Assembly (NCBI GenBank): GCA_951406725.2
Contig: OX597839.1
Coordinates: 14,818,001-14,882,000 of the forward strand
Length of the DNA stretch: 64,000 bases
DNA from: Octopus vulgaris
Lineage: Eukaryota
Direction of reading: 5' to 3'
The first letter of the stretch is position 1. Every line of letters starts with the position of its first letter. The notes below the pieces were generated by a model that made no database searches, had not been told where the DNA came from, and was given only the letters and a program-made list of their open reading frames with translations. Made by a program: the position numbers and the translations under genes. Shown here piece after piece: positions 10,113 through 24,229 of the stretch.

Positions 10113-12205
10113 TCACTCTATAATGAAATTTTAGTTCAATAATATGTATGTCAACAAAACACTCATCAGCTATGAATTGTTAATAAGCTTACAGTGAAAG
10201 CGGTATCACTTTATGATACCTAATCACAAAATTTAATTGTCATGATTGTGGACACTTCATAATGTCCATGAAAAGATATAACAGATGAACACTTTGGTAA
10301 TTAGGCTGACATCCATCAAATTATTCAGCTATAAACTGACAATGACACTCTTGATATAAGTGTAGAGAGTCACTTCCCATCACCAAGTTATGCACAGAGG
10401 ACAAATCGAATTTGGTACTGAAAGCTTCAAAACACTTGTCAATTTTATGGTATCATTCATTGCATGGCAATTTTATTGTGCAGTAAGATTTCCTGATATA
10501 GACAGGCTGACTCGGCCATTTGAATGTGAAGCGTCTTTTCTATGCACATTGCAGTTCTAACTATAGGCAGAACTGCAATCTTTAATTGGTATTCTGAGTT
10601 AATTAGCTATTACTATTGCTCAATTATATATGTATATAAATATGTTCTGGACAGTACATTTAAATTGAGGGAAATAAGTTAAAATCATTGTTAACAACAG
10701 TTTTTTGTTTATCGCTTATTGATAAATTGTAGCTTAACTTTTATAGTCCTTTCTCTATATAAATTTCCCAATCCTATAAGAAACTAGAGATTTTGATGGC
10801 CTGCAATTGGTTCTATTTAAAAATTCATTATAATATAACTATTTGCATGAATTTAGATAAAATTTGCTGATACAACATAATGAGCATTGGTGTACATTAT
10901 GAATTTAGTTTATACCTATTGTTGATTTTTACCTGTTTGTCACTTTCAACTGCCCAGATAGGTTGAATATAGGTAATTTTATCATGTGTAGGTGTTTTGA
11001 TATATATTTACAAGATATTGATTCCTGTACAACAATTTTCTGTCTCACAGCTGAATTTCTGTTTAAGTTAGTCTCAATAATTTCAAAAGTGTACAACTCC
11101 CATCAGAAAAAGCATTCCAATATCAGCCTTTAACTTTAAAGTCTAAGAAATTAGTGTTATTTATTTACTGTTATTACAATCCTTATACTTTTTACATAAT
11201 TTCACTTTTAACAGTTCATCAGTACACAAAGACCCTACATTTAAAATATATAATTAATCTTTTATTTTTTTCTAATCCTTACTGCTCGACTATGTGATAA
11301 CTCGACTCTTGCTCAGAATTATCATCATTTAGATAGCTAGTGTGTACAGATAACACTGAAATATCTATCACTCTTATTTTTCTCCATGTTCAAACTCACT
11401 TTTTCTAATTAAATTTATTAATAAGAAATATTAAATCAGTAATAAATAAGACTGAATTCTAACTCATGGCTTGAGGTATTTACTGCCATTACATTGAAAA
11501 GGAAAAATCTAGGAAAATTTGCTCAATAAAACATAAAAATGAATACACATGGTGCAAACAGGAAATCTTTTGACAGAAAGTGCTTTCTAAAATGAGGCTA
11601 AATTTTGTTGCTTGTACAGAAGAGTGCTTAGTTCCAGTTTTGAAACCAAACAACTATACTGTTTGAATGACATCTTTTTTCATTACGGGCTTGATACTTG
11701 CAATTTAAGACTTAAAAGAGCTAATTCATTGTAAAAAAATTCTGACTGCATATCATCATGAGTTATGTCAAACATCTAAGATGACTCCTAATGAAATTTT
11801 AAAGTTCAGTGTTTTAGATAAAAAAAAAAAAAAAGCAATGTTCGTAGCTATTCTTTAGTAGCATATGCTTTCATTATGTTGTTCTTTAATTTAGAGTCTA
11901 AACCAACTCCAGTTATATATAAGAGTTGTTTCAATATATATTCTGGTTTATAAGTATTACAATTTAGCCTTAGTAAGAACCTAATCAGAGTCAACAAACC
12001 CCTACTTCCTGAGACAAAATTATTTCTATCCTTCCAAACTCATAAAATATGTACCACCTAAAAAAATCTGAATGATTGAGTTTACATCCCTTTCACAAAA
12101 TTAATGGAATTGTACGAAGGTTAGAAATGATATAATTCTGCTTATCACTCAGCATATGCATTCTATTCTTTTGGATAGTTATCACTGAAAGATGGTATTA
12201 TTGTT

Positions 12206-12640
12206 AAGGCAATGAGCTGGCATAATTATTAACATGCAAAATTAAATGTTTTGTGACATTTCTTGTTTTTTTTTATGTTCTGAGTTCAAATTCTGTCATG
12301 GTTGACTTGGCTTTTCATCCTTTCAGGGTCAATAAAATGAGTACTGAGCAGTGTAATCAACTAACTCCCTCCCTAAAAAATTTCAGATGCTGTGCTTAGA
12401 ATAATATTATTATCATGACTACAAGGAGAAATACTGCTCTCCAGGCAGTTTTCTGCTTATTACTGTTAAGGGTGGGGGATTGGCATTCATTAGTGTCAGT
12501 CAGACACAATATTTTGTGGTATTCTTCAGCTATTTGCATTCTGATTTCAAATATCTTCAATATTGACTTTGCATTTCATTTGTTCAGGACTGGTAAAATA
12601 AGGTAACAGTCATGTACTGGATTTGATGTGTTTTAACTTA
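12206..12640 (+). mobile_element. Two decayed copies of SINE family B
   Basis: GAGCTGGCA..GTTCTGAGTTCAAATTCTG..GACTT..CTTTCATCCTTT..GGTC(A/G)ATAAA, as in the 47879 copy. Confidence 0.7.
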
Positions 12641-12914
12641 AACACCCAAACTTCAAACCCTGTACCTACAATAATAAATTCTTAACCTTTAATTCTTATG
12701 ACAATTGTGGTTTCACACAAAATTAGATTTATACTTTCATTAATAAAGCATTATTGTTCATGTTTATTAATTGTATATCTTGCTAACAAAGTGAAATGAA
12801 TTTGCAGAGAATCTATTCAGATATATACACAGTTATAGTAACATGTATTTCTATGTACCTCTGTATTTATATGTAATGCGTGTAAATGTATCTCTTTATA
12901 TTTATATATAAATG

Positions 12915-15360
12915 TGAGAGGTCTCTCATGAATGTTACTGGTAACATGGAATCTAGTACAGCCTGTTGCATGTTTGGGTTATTGGCAACTAAACTGGCAC
13001 TCCCACCTCATGAGCAAGATTGCTAGAAATCCAGCAGGAATAAAAACAAGACTTGTCAAAAGGACAGATGAACTATATAGCAATAGCACAAGCACTCAGA
13101 AGTTTAAGGTTGGTATCCAGTGTGTTAGAAGATCACTTGTAGTGAGGCACCCCTCAGCTTTTGTTAAAGCATGTCTCTAGGGGAGGATCACTGATATAAA
13201 GCCCGATATACAAGGAATGGCATTGGACATTTTAGGGATCTTTTTCTTGCAGGTCATGGCACTCCCACATTCCTGAGCCTGCAGCTCATATTGCTTATCT
13301 CTTGGTCATGTTAAGAGGGTAGAGAGAGTCTATGAGGTGTTGTGTAAGCTTTATTGGACCTAAGATTTTGCACAGGCATTACTGGCATTTTGCATGGGTA
13401 TTGCTGGTTAATTTTAACCTTACACTTTTTAATTTTACATGTTTCTCTATTTTTTTAATATTTCAAAGTCCTGCTGTGATGAGAAGATGGCAAAACATGC
13501 AAACCTGATGAACTGGAAGCCTGTAATTAGTGGCCTACAAGTAGGATGCCCATGTTAGATATAAAGTCATCTTATGTTCCAAGACAGCAGTGGGATTCTG
13601 TTGCTGTATAAGTGTCTGAGTAGTTCCATTTGGGGAGGGCCCTAAGGACCCAGAAACTGAGGAGTGTCTATGAAAGGTTAACTAAAAATTGCCTGTTTTG
13701 ACCAGAACTGGTTAGTTTAGTGCAACTAACATATTTCCACCTTGCATTTGGAAAACAATATTTATAAAATCTGGATGGAATATGACTATTTCATGTTGGA
13801 ATGTGCATATATTCTGTTCAATAATGAGTGAATGTAGGCTTGAATGACCTACTGAACTTGTTTGCAAACTGAACCAGTACAATATAGATATAGTTATTCT
13901 TTCAGAGACTTATTCGGAAGGTGATGGTCAGCTACAGGAGCTTAGCAGTAGCAAACTTTTTCTGGAATGGGATACTGAAAGAGGAGCACAGATGAACTGG
14001 CATTGGTTTTGCAGCTCAATCTGAAATCAAGAAGTTGGATCTTCCTATCCCTATAAATGACTGTTTGATGACTCAACATCTGTACTTGAGAGTTGAACAA
14101 TTTGTGACTGATAAGTGCTCCTTCTCTGACCAGTTCTGATGAAGATAAAATTACTTGCTTTGCCCAGTTGAGAACTATGCTCAGGAAATTCCCAAGTCAC
14201 AGTCATTCTACTAGGGGATTTCAATACCAGGGTTGAAACAGGTTGACAAACATGGAGCTCTTGAATGTTTCAGTGTAGGGAAGATGAATGATAATGATTT
14301 CGTACTCCTAAAGCTTTGTGATGCATATGGCCTTGTCATTGCAAGCTCTCACTTTATGAACAAAGATGATCACACAGCAATATGGATGCACCTGAAGTCT
14401 ATGATGTTGTATGGTCAAGTCCTGTCATGGATCGTAGAGTTGGAAAGACTACTGCTTGGTGTGAGCAAAGTTCTGGAAAATAGAGAGAAGTGGGCCAGCT
14501 GAAATTACTCGATGCTTGAATGGCTGTAAAATATGTGATCCTACTGTGAGGAAGGAGCTACAGAATTGTTCATCCAACATTGAAGATATTACAACTTGAA
14601 AGAAATTTTGAGATATGGCTTTTCAATGTGCTGCTAAAACACTGGGATACGCTACAGCCAGTCATGGGGACTAGTTTGATGAAAATGATGCTGAGGTTCA
14701 GGGACTCTTATCTGCAAAGTGCAATGCCCACAGTGCATTAATGCACAGAGGGTTATCAGTTATGCAGCAGAATCTAGCACTAGGCCATTATAAGCATACA
14801 AAATCCTTACTGCACTGATCACTCAGACGACGCCAAACACCTAGTGTGAAGGTCTTTCTCTTGATATTCAAGCTGCTGCTATAGCGAATAACAGCAAGAA
14901 GCTCTATACCACCTTATGAAACAAGTTTATGAGCCCAAGAATTTTGCATCAACTCCTTCACTTTTCCTACTAAATCCACAGAAGTCGCAGGTTGTTGGAT
15001 TGAACAATTTGCTGAACTTCTAAGCAGTGAGTGTTGTCAATAACACAGTAATTTATAATATGCAACAGATGTGTCATCAGCTCCTTGGACTCTGCAGTCT
15101 CAGATGAGGTGTTAACAACAATAGATTAAGTCTTGGAAAAGCATCTGGTAAAAATGAAATTTTCACTGAGATCTTGTGCTTTGACAGTGGTCATATTACA
15201 GAATTCTCACAGGCTTATTAATGTAGTCTGGAAGGATGGTGCTATTCTCAAGGAGTGGAAGAATGCAAAGGAAAGGGAGTCAGAATGAAGTGTGGCTATC
15301 ATAGTAGTAGTATTGCTCCACTATCAGTTGCTGGAAAGGTTCTGGAAAGTATTCTTATCT
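12915..15360 (+). mobile_element. Old RTE (BovB-like) LINE: 5' UTR, APE endonuclease and RT N-terminus, 3'-truncated
   Basis: From ~13782: MTISCWNVH, NQYNIDIVILSET, FFWNG, LGDFNTRV, GKASGKNEIFTEI, WKDGAILKEWKNA and KGKGVRMKCGYHSSSIAPLSVAGKVLESIL. Numerous stops. The 5' UTR boundary is uncertain. Confidence 0.88.
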
Positions 15361-15502
15361 GCCCCGGTGGGGGTGGGGGAATAAATGTTAATATGTGTGT
15401 GTGTATAAAGTGCTTGGTGGTAAGGCTGTCAGTTACAGACAGTAATGTGCCTATTATTAATTGAAGCCTCATACATCTGTGTGTGTACACACACAAACAC
15501 AA

Positions 15503-15992
15503 ATGTGTAGGCATATACGTATACACAAATAGCTATGTGTAGGTATATATGCATACACAGATATGTGTATGTGTATACATGTATACACATACCTGTATAG
15601 GCATGTGCAGGTATACGTGCATACACTCACATGCATGTGCAGGTGTATGCGCATGCACACACACGGGCATGTGCAGGTGTATGCATGTGCACACATGCCA
15701 TCATATGCAGGTGTATGTGCATGCACGTGGGAATGTGCAGGTGTACGTGTGTGCATGCACATTCCCACGTGCATGCACATACACCTGCATATGATGGCAT
15801 GTGTGCACGTGCATACACCTGCACATGCCCGTGTGTGTGCATGCGCATACACCTGCACATGCATGTGAGTGTATGCACGTATACCTGCACATGCCTATAC
15901 AGGTATGTGTATACATGTATACACATACACATATCTGTGTATGCATATATACCTACACATAGCTATTTGTGTATACGTATATGCCTACACAT
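15503..15992. repeat. 490-bp near-perfect inverted duplication (237-bp arms, 16-bp spacer, one mismatch seen)
   Basis: Left arm ATGTGTAGGCATATACG...GGGAATGTGCA (15503-15739), spacer 15740-15755, right arm TGCACATTCCC...CGTATATGCCTACACAT (15756-15992). Confidence 0.95.
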
Positions 15993-16259
15993 AGGGAATT
16001 GCACTTATGCACATACATTAAGTGATAGGTGATATAAAACACTTAGTTCAATTAAAAAAAATTCTGTTTTCAGTATCCAATCACCACCTCTACCATCATC
16101 TCTCTCCCCCTCCCTCTCCTCTCTCTACCCTCTCATACCGCTTTCTCCCTGCTTTTCTTTAACCTCATCATCAGAACATCACCCCTCTGCTAAAATTATA
16201 TTTTTAACTCCTCCTCTACCTTCAGCTAACTTTTTTAACTACATAATAAATATTACAAT

Positions 16260-16460
16260 CCCCCTACCTCATGGATGCTTTTCTCTCCTCTTTCTGTCTC
16301 ACTCTTCTTTTTCTTTCTTCTCTTTTTCTTTTCAACTAATCATGTAAAAGCATTACAGTTACATTCCCTCTACCTCACGCCATGGATGCTTCTCTTCCTC
16401 TTTCTCCCCATCTCTTCTATCTCATGCCATGGATGCTTCTCCCTCCCTCGAAAGCATTAC
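16260..16460. repeat. Three imperfect CT-rich repeats
   Basis: CTA(C/T)CTCA..(CC)ATGGATGCTT(T/C)TC occurs at ~16264, ~16370 and ~16417. Confidence 0.7.
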
Positions 16461-16724
16461 CAACAGACTAAGTAATGCAATGACAAGCAGAATTATTATA
16501 AGATGATCATTTCCATACAACATACGAAATACATGTCATGAAAATTAATATGAATGTAAGTGAATTCATAGTATTTTTTCCATATAAACCATGTGTATTA
16601 CTTCGTGCATGTGGGCACATGTTTATGCAAATATATGGGCATGCATGCTTGTAAATGTGTATTTGTATGCTTATATGTGTGTTTGTATGTTTATATGTGT
16701 ATGTATTTGTGTTTAGGTATATGC

Positions 16725-16757
<33 letters not shown>

Positions 16758-17434
16758 CACACACGTTTGTGTGTATGTGTATACCTCTGTGTTTGTATAT
16801 GAGTATTTTATGTTTATTGCTTATTATATCAAACTATTTGTTGAACTACACAATTCAATACATAGTTCAATATAATAAGCAACACACTGAAATATGTACT
16901 GGGTCGAATATAATCAACTAATAACCTTGAACATGATACTCTAGCATGTCTGTAGTTTAGTCACAGAAACCAGTAAATGAAGAAAAGATTGACAAACCTA
17001 ACTTACAAATATAGTTATGTTTAGTTGCACAAATATACAATGAATAGTTTTAAAATTATGTTTTTTATGCACATATGTGTGTTATATGCTATACTTTGTT
17101 GGTTCTTTCTTAAAATCATAAATACCGTGTTATTGACTAGTTAGGTAAATGCCATACATAAGTAGAAATATATATGCTTACATAAATAGGTATTTACTGG
17201 CTCAACCTTATGTAGAAATGTTTTTCAAAGTTACTTCTTGTACATCATTAATAGTCATCTGTGTATTTATCTATTTGTATTAATCTACAATTGAAATCTA
17301 TTCTAAATCACTGAGCCTGGGAATTAATTTCAAAAACCTGTTCCACTCTATATTTAACACCAAATCCATTTAAAAATCTACACTAAATTCATTTGCAAAA
17401 CCTGCTCTTGTCTGTATTGAAACACATTATGCAA

Positions 17435-17480
17435 CAATAATATAATTCAATATTTTCAATAATATAATTCAATATTTTCA
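17435..17480. repeat. 22-bp perfect tandem duplication
   Basis: CAATAATATAATTCAATATTTT x2. Confidence 0.9.
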
Positions 17481-18129
17481 TTGAGAAACCTGCACATTAA
17501 CAATTTCTATATATAATTGACTTATATTGCAATTGATATACTATGGTATCATTGGTTAGTCTTCCAAAGGACCAATCACTTCATTTTTATGGTGAGAGTA
17601 AGAAAGTGTTGTATCTGGTGCAGAACAAATATTACAAAAGGCTTTGTTGAAAGAATGCCTATTTTCCAGTCTTTTTGTTGATGCTTACATCCTTCATGGA
17701 TGTACATTAACAAAAGATGAACAATTATACATAAATTGTTCTTTTTAGATTTTGATAAGTATCCAGTTATTCAATCAACTGAATAACCAGCTCATTGACT
17801 ATGTATCAAAGTGGCTAAATATTCCAAAGGTAAATGTATCTTTCATGTAATTGCCCAGTTAAGTCAGTATGGTACAGCATGAAATAAAGTTGTACTTTGA
17901 AACTATGTGTAAAATTCACCCAATCGGCTTCTATATGTTTCCAAGTTCACTAACAGAGTTAGTGTCGCCATGCAGTGAGATCAAATCTAGTTACCTTGTA
18001 ATTGTGAAATGAACTACTTCACTAATCAACTATGCTGTGACCATATGCATACATATGTGTACACACACGAACTCTCTCTTTCTCTCCTTTCCTCTTCTCT
18101 CCTCTCCTCTGCCTCTCTCTTTTTCTGCT

Positions 18130-18300
18130 TGGTCAGAAGGAAGAGCATGCCCATGAACCTTTTCAAGGCCTGAAGAGTGGTGGAAGAGAGGAAGAAAGAC
18201 ATCTTCAAATTGGAGGTTTGGCCTGTAAGCAACAGACTGAACATCACTTAAAGCTCTAAAGACCAGGTGGTAGTGCTAAACTAGGCAACAGATTGTCCTC
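18130..18300. repeat. Unclassified interspersed repeat (related copies ~20480-20640, and reverse ~23250-23420, ~52300-52450)
   Basis: Shared GAGGAA..GA..TCTTCAA...GTG(C/T)TAAAC(T/C)AGGCAA(C/T)AGATT motif. Confidence 0.5.
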
Positions 18301-18483
18301 CACACAAGTAGGATTTTAACTTGAAATACGAAAGAGTTGGAACATATGCCGCAAAGCTTTCCAGCCAATGCTCTCAGACAAGTAGTTTATTTTATTGATC
18401 CCAGAAGGATGAAAGGCAAAGTTGACCTAGGTGGGATTTGAACTCAGAATGCAGTAAGCTGTAATATCACAAACCTATTTAGG

Positions 18484-18620
18484 GGTGCAGGAATGGATGA
18501 GTGGTTAAGATGTTTACTTCATAATCATGTGGTCCTGGGTTTAGTTTCAGTATGGCATCTTGAGCAGTACCTTGAATCAACCCAAGCCTTGTGGATGAAT
18601 TTGGGAGAACAAAACTACAA
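18484..18620 (+). mobile_element. tRNA-derived SINE (family A)
   Basis: GGTGCAGGAATGGATGAGTGGTTAAG..CATGTGGTCCTGGGTTTAG..AAGCCTTGTGGATGAATTTGG. Confidence 0.7.
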
Positions 18621-18802
18621 ATGTTAGAAATGTAGTGGCAGATACAATTTCTGCATTACAGAGAATATCATAATTCCAACAGTGAATACCTTCACAAACA
18701 AGTTTAAACTGCAAAATTTCAAGCATTATCCTTTGTTAAACTCACTTCCTAACCAATCAGAATAAATATAATATAAAATAGATATATTAATATATATAAT
18801 AT

Positions 18803-19186
18803 AGTAAAGATCATTTGCCAAAATTACATGGCAATCCTGGTTTAGGACGAATATTGCTGTAATATAGCCACAGGAGACATTGTCTCCAGCTGGCTATATG
18901 ACACCATCTGTGTTCTTATATTTTTGAACACAGGAATCTAGCACCCCCACTCAGCTCAAAACATTATCTGTTTCATGATTTTTGGGTTATTTCCCTTTGT
19001 CAGCACAGAATAATTGTTTGGTTTCTCGTTCGAAACATAGTTTTCAAAGTGACAACTATTCACTGATCTATTAGGGTACAGATCGTGTCATATAGCTAGT
19101 TGGAGATGATGTCTCCTGGGGTTAAATTACAGCAACATTCATCCTAAACCAGGACTGCCATGTTATGTGGGCAAATAATCTTTACT
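18803..19186. mobile_element. MITE with ~115-bp terminal inverted repeats
   Basis: AGTAAAGATCATTTGCC..ACATGGCAATCCTGGTTTAGGA..CTATATGACAC is mirrored by GTGTCATATAG..TCCTAAACCAGGACTGCCATGT..GGCAAATAATCTTTACT. Confidence 0.88.
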
Positions 19187-19387
19187 CCATAGTACTGTTG
19201 CTGAATATCTCTCTTTGTGAGATTTACAAATAGTAATTTTCTAATATATAATATATGTAAAAAAAATATGCACTCTTTATTTGATCTCAGGAACTTGCTT
19301 GAATTCAAAGTCATGTACATAACATCAGATACATAGCACACATATGACATCATACAATTTGTAAAATATATTTGCATGAGCCATTAA

Positions 19388-19611
19388 ATAATCCTTTTGC
19401 ATTTATACTGGCCATATCAGGCTCAAATATTCTGTTTTATGCTCAAACTGACAAGATCTGGCCTTTTACACCTACCCTACAATGCCATTCTAAAGATAAA
19501 CCATCACATCATTGAAATTTGAAAGCTATGAGATAATGCATCATTACTTCAAAACAATATGAATAATTTAGCATTATGTTTGACAGAGTAATCTGAATGC
19601 TAAAGGGTTAA
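19388..19611. mobile_element. piggyBac-type (TTAA) MITE
   Basis: Ends ...GAATGCTAAAGGG-TTAA and begins with a degenerate inverse copy, CCTTTTGCATT. Confidence 0.7.
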
Positions 19612-20689
19612 AAGCTTTTTAACCCCCCCCCCCAAAAAAAAAAATTATCAGTATACACCTGCACATACATTCACAAAAGTGCAGGCATGCAATGCATGTG
19701 GTATACATTTATATTCAGGTACATGTGAATGTGGTTAAGTAAATTCTTAACCACATGGCCACTCTAGCACTCACTTAGTATCTTCTTCAAAAATCTGAAC
19801 GAAACTTTTATATAGGCTATCAGTTTGTTTAGTCCTTTCTTTCTGTGCCAGTTTTGAGTTCCTAATGGACAAGAAATCTATAACTTGCAGTAGGAAGATT
19901 TTTAGATAACTAAGTTTCTTTATCTCTTCATCATCATAGGTTTTTTTAAATGTTGGTTTGAGAAAAGTTGTTTCTCATCCACTTGATGCTATATAAGCAG
20001 TAATTAGGGACTGGAAGTGAATTAACTTCCTGATCCTATTAACATTATAGTCATTGCTTCAGTTTTCAGATTTTCCATTTTGGCACATACTTATCAAACC
20101 CACACTATCATCAAGAAGATTGTTAAAACAATCATCATGTTGATGATTAGACATGTTATCGTCATAGTACTGATAATCATCATCATCATCATCATCATAG
20201 GCTGTATTAATGGAAGAATATATGTTTCTTTTTGGAGAGGTTTATGTAAAGCAAGTGTATGGGGTAAATGAATGTGAATGTGAAAGCAGGGACTTGAAAT
20301 CTGCCCTATATCTCAAGTACTCCTTGAACAAAACAGAGGATAAAATTAAGAGGTTGAAATGAAAACTAGTTAGTGAGTTGCTATGAGTCAATATTAGTAA
20401 CTGGCAGTATCCTTATTAGTAAAACAGAATAAAGATGATTGAGTCAGCAATATTTCCTTTTCTTTTTCTTAATTACTTAGTCAGAAGAGAATATGCAGTG
20501 CCCAAACTCTTTCCAATGCCGCCAAATTTAGAGGAAAGGAAGATGATATCTTCAAGCTAGAATACTTTCAACGAAGTGAATTCTTGTGTGTCCACTGAAA
20601 ATTCAGCTGATGGTGTTAAACCAGGCAATAGATTAAGTTTCCCATTGTGATAGGAAACAAAGAATGAGAGATTTTCCAAAGATTATTGC

Positions 20690-20885
20690 TGTTGTTTAAT
20701 CCTAAGTTAGATAGAGCTAGGAGCAGAGGGATTCCAGCTATAACCACTCATTTCCCTTTGCTACAGGATGTAAATATCATTTTGTCTTCAATTCAGTATG
20801 TCCTTTATTTTAATGAGATATGGTGTGATTTGAGGTAACTTTGACTGCTATTTGTAGCAAGTTGAGAGCTGTGTAGAGGTTTACT
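20690..20885 (+). mobile_element. Abundant SINE-like repeat (family D); further copies ~22650-22840(-), 30135-30315, 36810-36975(-), 48170-48360(-), 51365-51550(-), 52780-52990(-), 61185-61560
   Basis: Recurrent GTTGTTTA..CC..GGT..GCAGACCTATGATCAAAGGCATTCCA..AAGA..GTAGG.TGTGATTTG.GGAGATTTG.CT.CTATTT.TAGC..TAGAGG. Confidence 0.7.
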
Positions 20886-21079
20886 GAATCCAGAGATGGA
20901 ACATTTGCTTAAAATCCTAGTGTTCAAATCCTGCCATGATTTTATTAATAAAACATAGCAGATGCATGTGTGGTTAATAATTTTGCTTCACAAAATTCTG
21001 GAGTTGACCTCAATGCCCAGAATCTTGGGTAAGCATCTATATACCTCTGGTGGCAATTACAGGGTTTTTTCTTTGAGCA

Positions 21080-21420
21080 ATGAATAGATTGTATCAAATG
21101 ATGCTACACATTGAGATGTGGACCTTGAAAGCAGTTATGCAAAGTCTGGAGAAAAATTAAGCAAGCCAGTAACCAAGATAATTGCATTGTTATGAACAAG
21201 TGATGCATATAAATGATAGTAGATGGGTAAAAAAAAAAGTGCTAAGAGATCCAATTGTAAAAAAAAAAGTCATAGGACATGGGCACAAGTAGTGAAAGCT
21301 GATCCCAGGATGTTGAACCTAACAAATTGGTGACAAAAGAAGCATAACAATGCAGAAATACTGTATTGGTGAGGGCCTATCCAACCTATGCAAGCATGGA
21401 AAAGTGAACATGAAAATGGT
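21080..21420 (+). mobile_element. Decayed RTE 3' fragment
   Basis: ATGCTACACATTGAGATGTGG (MLH..ETW-like) followed by the family tail CCAACCTATGCAAGCATGGAAAAGTG. Confidence 0.65.
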
Positions 21421-24229
21421 GAGGAATTTCCTGTTACCTTCCCTACCTATTTTTTAAGTAAGGTATTTACTATTCCATTAGTCTTCACACATCAAAACCA
21501 CCAAACTACAGAATGTGTTGTTAACAAAATTAACATCATTATTGCCCACTGAGTTTCAATGCAAAGACATGTAACTTTCATGTGCACACATGTGTGCATG
21601 TGCACACACACACAAAGTAGTTTGCATGCATAGGATTCAGTGTTTTCAATACTTGCATAGAGTAGCATGATTAGCCTGTTATAATGGACCTTAATCCTGC
21701 TACCATATACATCTATAGGTAACTGATTTAAACAATGCTTTTATTTCATATAATTAACTGTAAAATTCAATGATCTTCAGTGAGTGTGAAGTAAACATTT
21801 TAATTTCATGTCTATAAAGGATTGCCTGTTATCTGCTCAGGAATCTGTGCTAAACCAAGACATAAATTTAGTCCCATATTTTACAGATACATATAAGTTT
21901 TCTTTCACTAATATTTACTCAAAGCTTAAATTATCAAAGCTAGCACAAGAGAAATAGACTACTCAGATCACAGTAAACTTGGGAAATTAAGTCTGACAAC
22001 ATTGGACCTAATACAGTGCTTGACTCAAGAGAGACACAAGTAGAAGTTGTTGTGTGGTAGAATTAATTAATCCCTGCCAGGCATAAGAAGAAAAATTGAT
22101 TTAAAATCACTAATGAAGAGGACAAAGCTGGTGGTCATTGGGGTGAGTGGTTGATATTCTTGTCTACTTTCCTAATGAAAGCTAAGAATTGTATTAATAG
22201 ACTATATAAATCTAACCTTTCATCAAGATGCGTCTATGATTCTCACCACAAGCATATTGGTAATTTATTTTGAATGTATAAATTCTTTTGTGAGTATTGA
22301 AATGATGCTTATTGATTTTCCATCTGCATAGAGAGATTTATCTCAAAAATTGCTCAACTAAAAGGGCTCCATTATAGTTTATCTGTTAATTTATTGATTG
22401 TAAAGGAAAAGAAAAGCTATGTAAACACAGGAAAAGCTTGAAACCATAAAAAGTTTGACTCTGAATATGTCACTCAGTCATATTGAGTTCATTTTCATAT
22501 TTTGATAGTTAAGTTATTTAAAACTGAATTGAGCTATATTTGTTATGCATCCTTATACAAGATCTTTAGTTACAAAATAGTACATTAATTATAGTGTTCA
22601 AAGTATTTATAGTAATGTACACTAGTACTTCAAGGCTCAGCCAATGAAGAGCCCTGTGAGTGATTTCCTAATCTTTTAGAAATAGCGGCTAAATCTTTGC
22701 CACCTGCTACAATCTTAAAAAAAAAGACACTCTGGATATTGTAGCCATTGTCTGGTGGGAAAAATAGGCTGATTATGGCTGGAATGCATTTGACTGGCTT
22801 GCTTGAATAAAGTTGACTTTGGACTAAACAGCAACACCTACAACTTACACTTGAAGCCTATCATAATTAAGTGGAGTGTTCCAATGCAAGTTGAGTGTCT
22901 TGTCCTTGAACACAGTGCAATACCATTGACAGGATACAAACTCTTTGAGTGTTTTCTTTGGTATCTGGTACCCTAATTACACTGCCAATGGTAATCTTGA
23001 ACAACACTAGCAAATAAATCAAGATAAAGGAGCCTCTGTACATTTGTTCAATTTACTAGAAATAGTAACTTAGTAAATACAAATTTTAATAATTTGATAT
23101 TTCCTGAGTCATCATAATGGATTCAGACATGATGGTATGGCTATGTTTGTTTTTCAACCATATCATTTCAAGTTCAATCCAACTATGCAGTATCTTAAAA
23201 AACTGAGAGAGCCTGTTGGAAGGATAGCTGTTTCTGTTCTTAAGTGGTTGATTATCTATTGCCCTGGTTTAACACTACTCACTAGTCTTGGGTTCATTTG
23301 GTGGACTCCACTCTATTGCAAGCATTCATATAAGGTCTTTCGTTTGCTGTTAACTTCATCCTCTCTTTCCAACAACTTTAGAAGCTCTGAAAAAGTCAAT
23401 GGCTCTCACTTTCCTCCTTTGACTAAAACATTAAAAAATGCAATAATCAATTATGTGATGACGAAGTGGAAAGCATCAATTTTTCTGAAAGTAATTCATA
23501 CAAATGCGCCTCATTTAAACCTTCTAAAATACTACCGATTCTATAAGACTTTAAAACTCTGCTCCACTCGCATTTAATGATTTCTTTATTTTTTTAGAAC
23601 TTCTTAGTTAGGTTATTGATATTTGATTACGTCGTGTGTTGTTATCCATATTAAAACCAAGTCCATTTGAAGTTTTCAAGGAAACCAAAAATTTATACAT
23701 AAATATAATGATTACAATAGTTACTTGCTGGAGGCAATATTGTTGACAAACAGTAGAGAGTTATGTATATATGTTGGCCAAGAATTAGATAGCTACATCT
23801 TTGTGTAGGTGAGGGTTGAGAATTAAGAATGTCCTGTATTAGTGCATGGTACAGTGAGAATTTTGTGCTCACAGTAGACAAAGTGAGTCGTTTTAACCCA
23901 AGGTTGAACAATCAACTTAGAATCCTGTTTGCTCAGCTTCTCTGAGACCTCTCAACTTCTGCAATGATTGTCCTGTGCTTCTACATTTATGACCACATTT
24001 AGGTGAAAAACTCTTCGAAATTTCCATTCAAAAATCATACAATTGAATGAGAGCAGCTGAAATACAATTGATCAGAATTCAAAGTAAGTCACTTGACATA
24101 CTGTGGTTTATTTCTTATTATTCAGCTAACATGATTTCACATCTAAGCTCTGCTACACTTTGTAAATATTAGTGTGCCCAAACATCTTTGAGTTGAATAT
24201 GGACTAATTATTACTACTGAGTTACTTAC

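Noticed and set aside
10548-10579. 11-bp hairpin ATTGCAGTTCT/AGAACTGCAAT
   Set aside because: A single stem of this length is plausible by chance in 64 kb of AT-rich DNA and is too short for a pre-miRNA.
15299-16032. Cys/His-rich ORFs resembling metallothionein or zinc-finger proteins (also 16507-16921, 31647-32115, 43667-44249)
   Set aside because: Translations of alternating TG/CA/TA low-complexity DNA; they appear on both strands because of symmetry.
23137-23577. 146-aa ORF
   Set aside because: No recognisable domain, and it overlaps an interspersed repeat related to 18130-18300.
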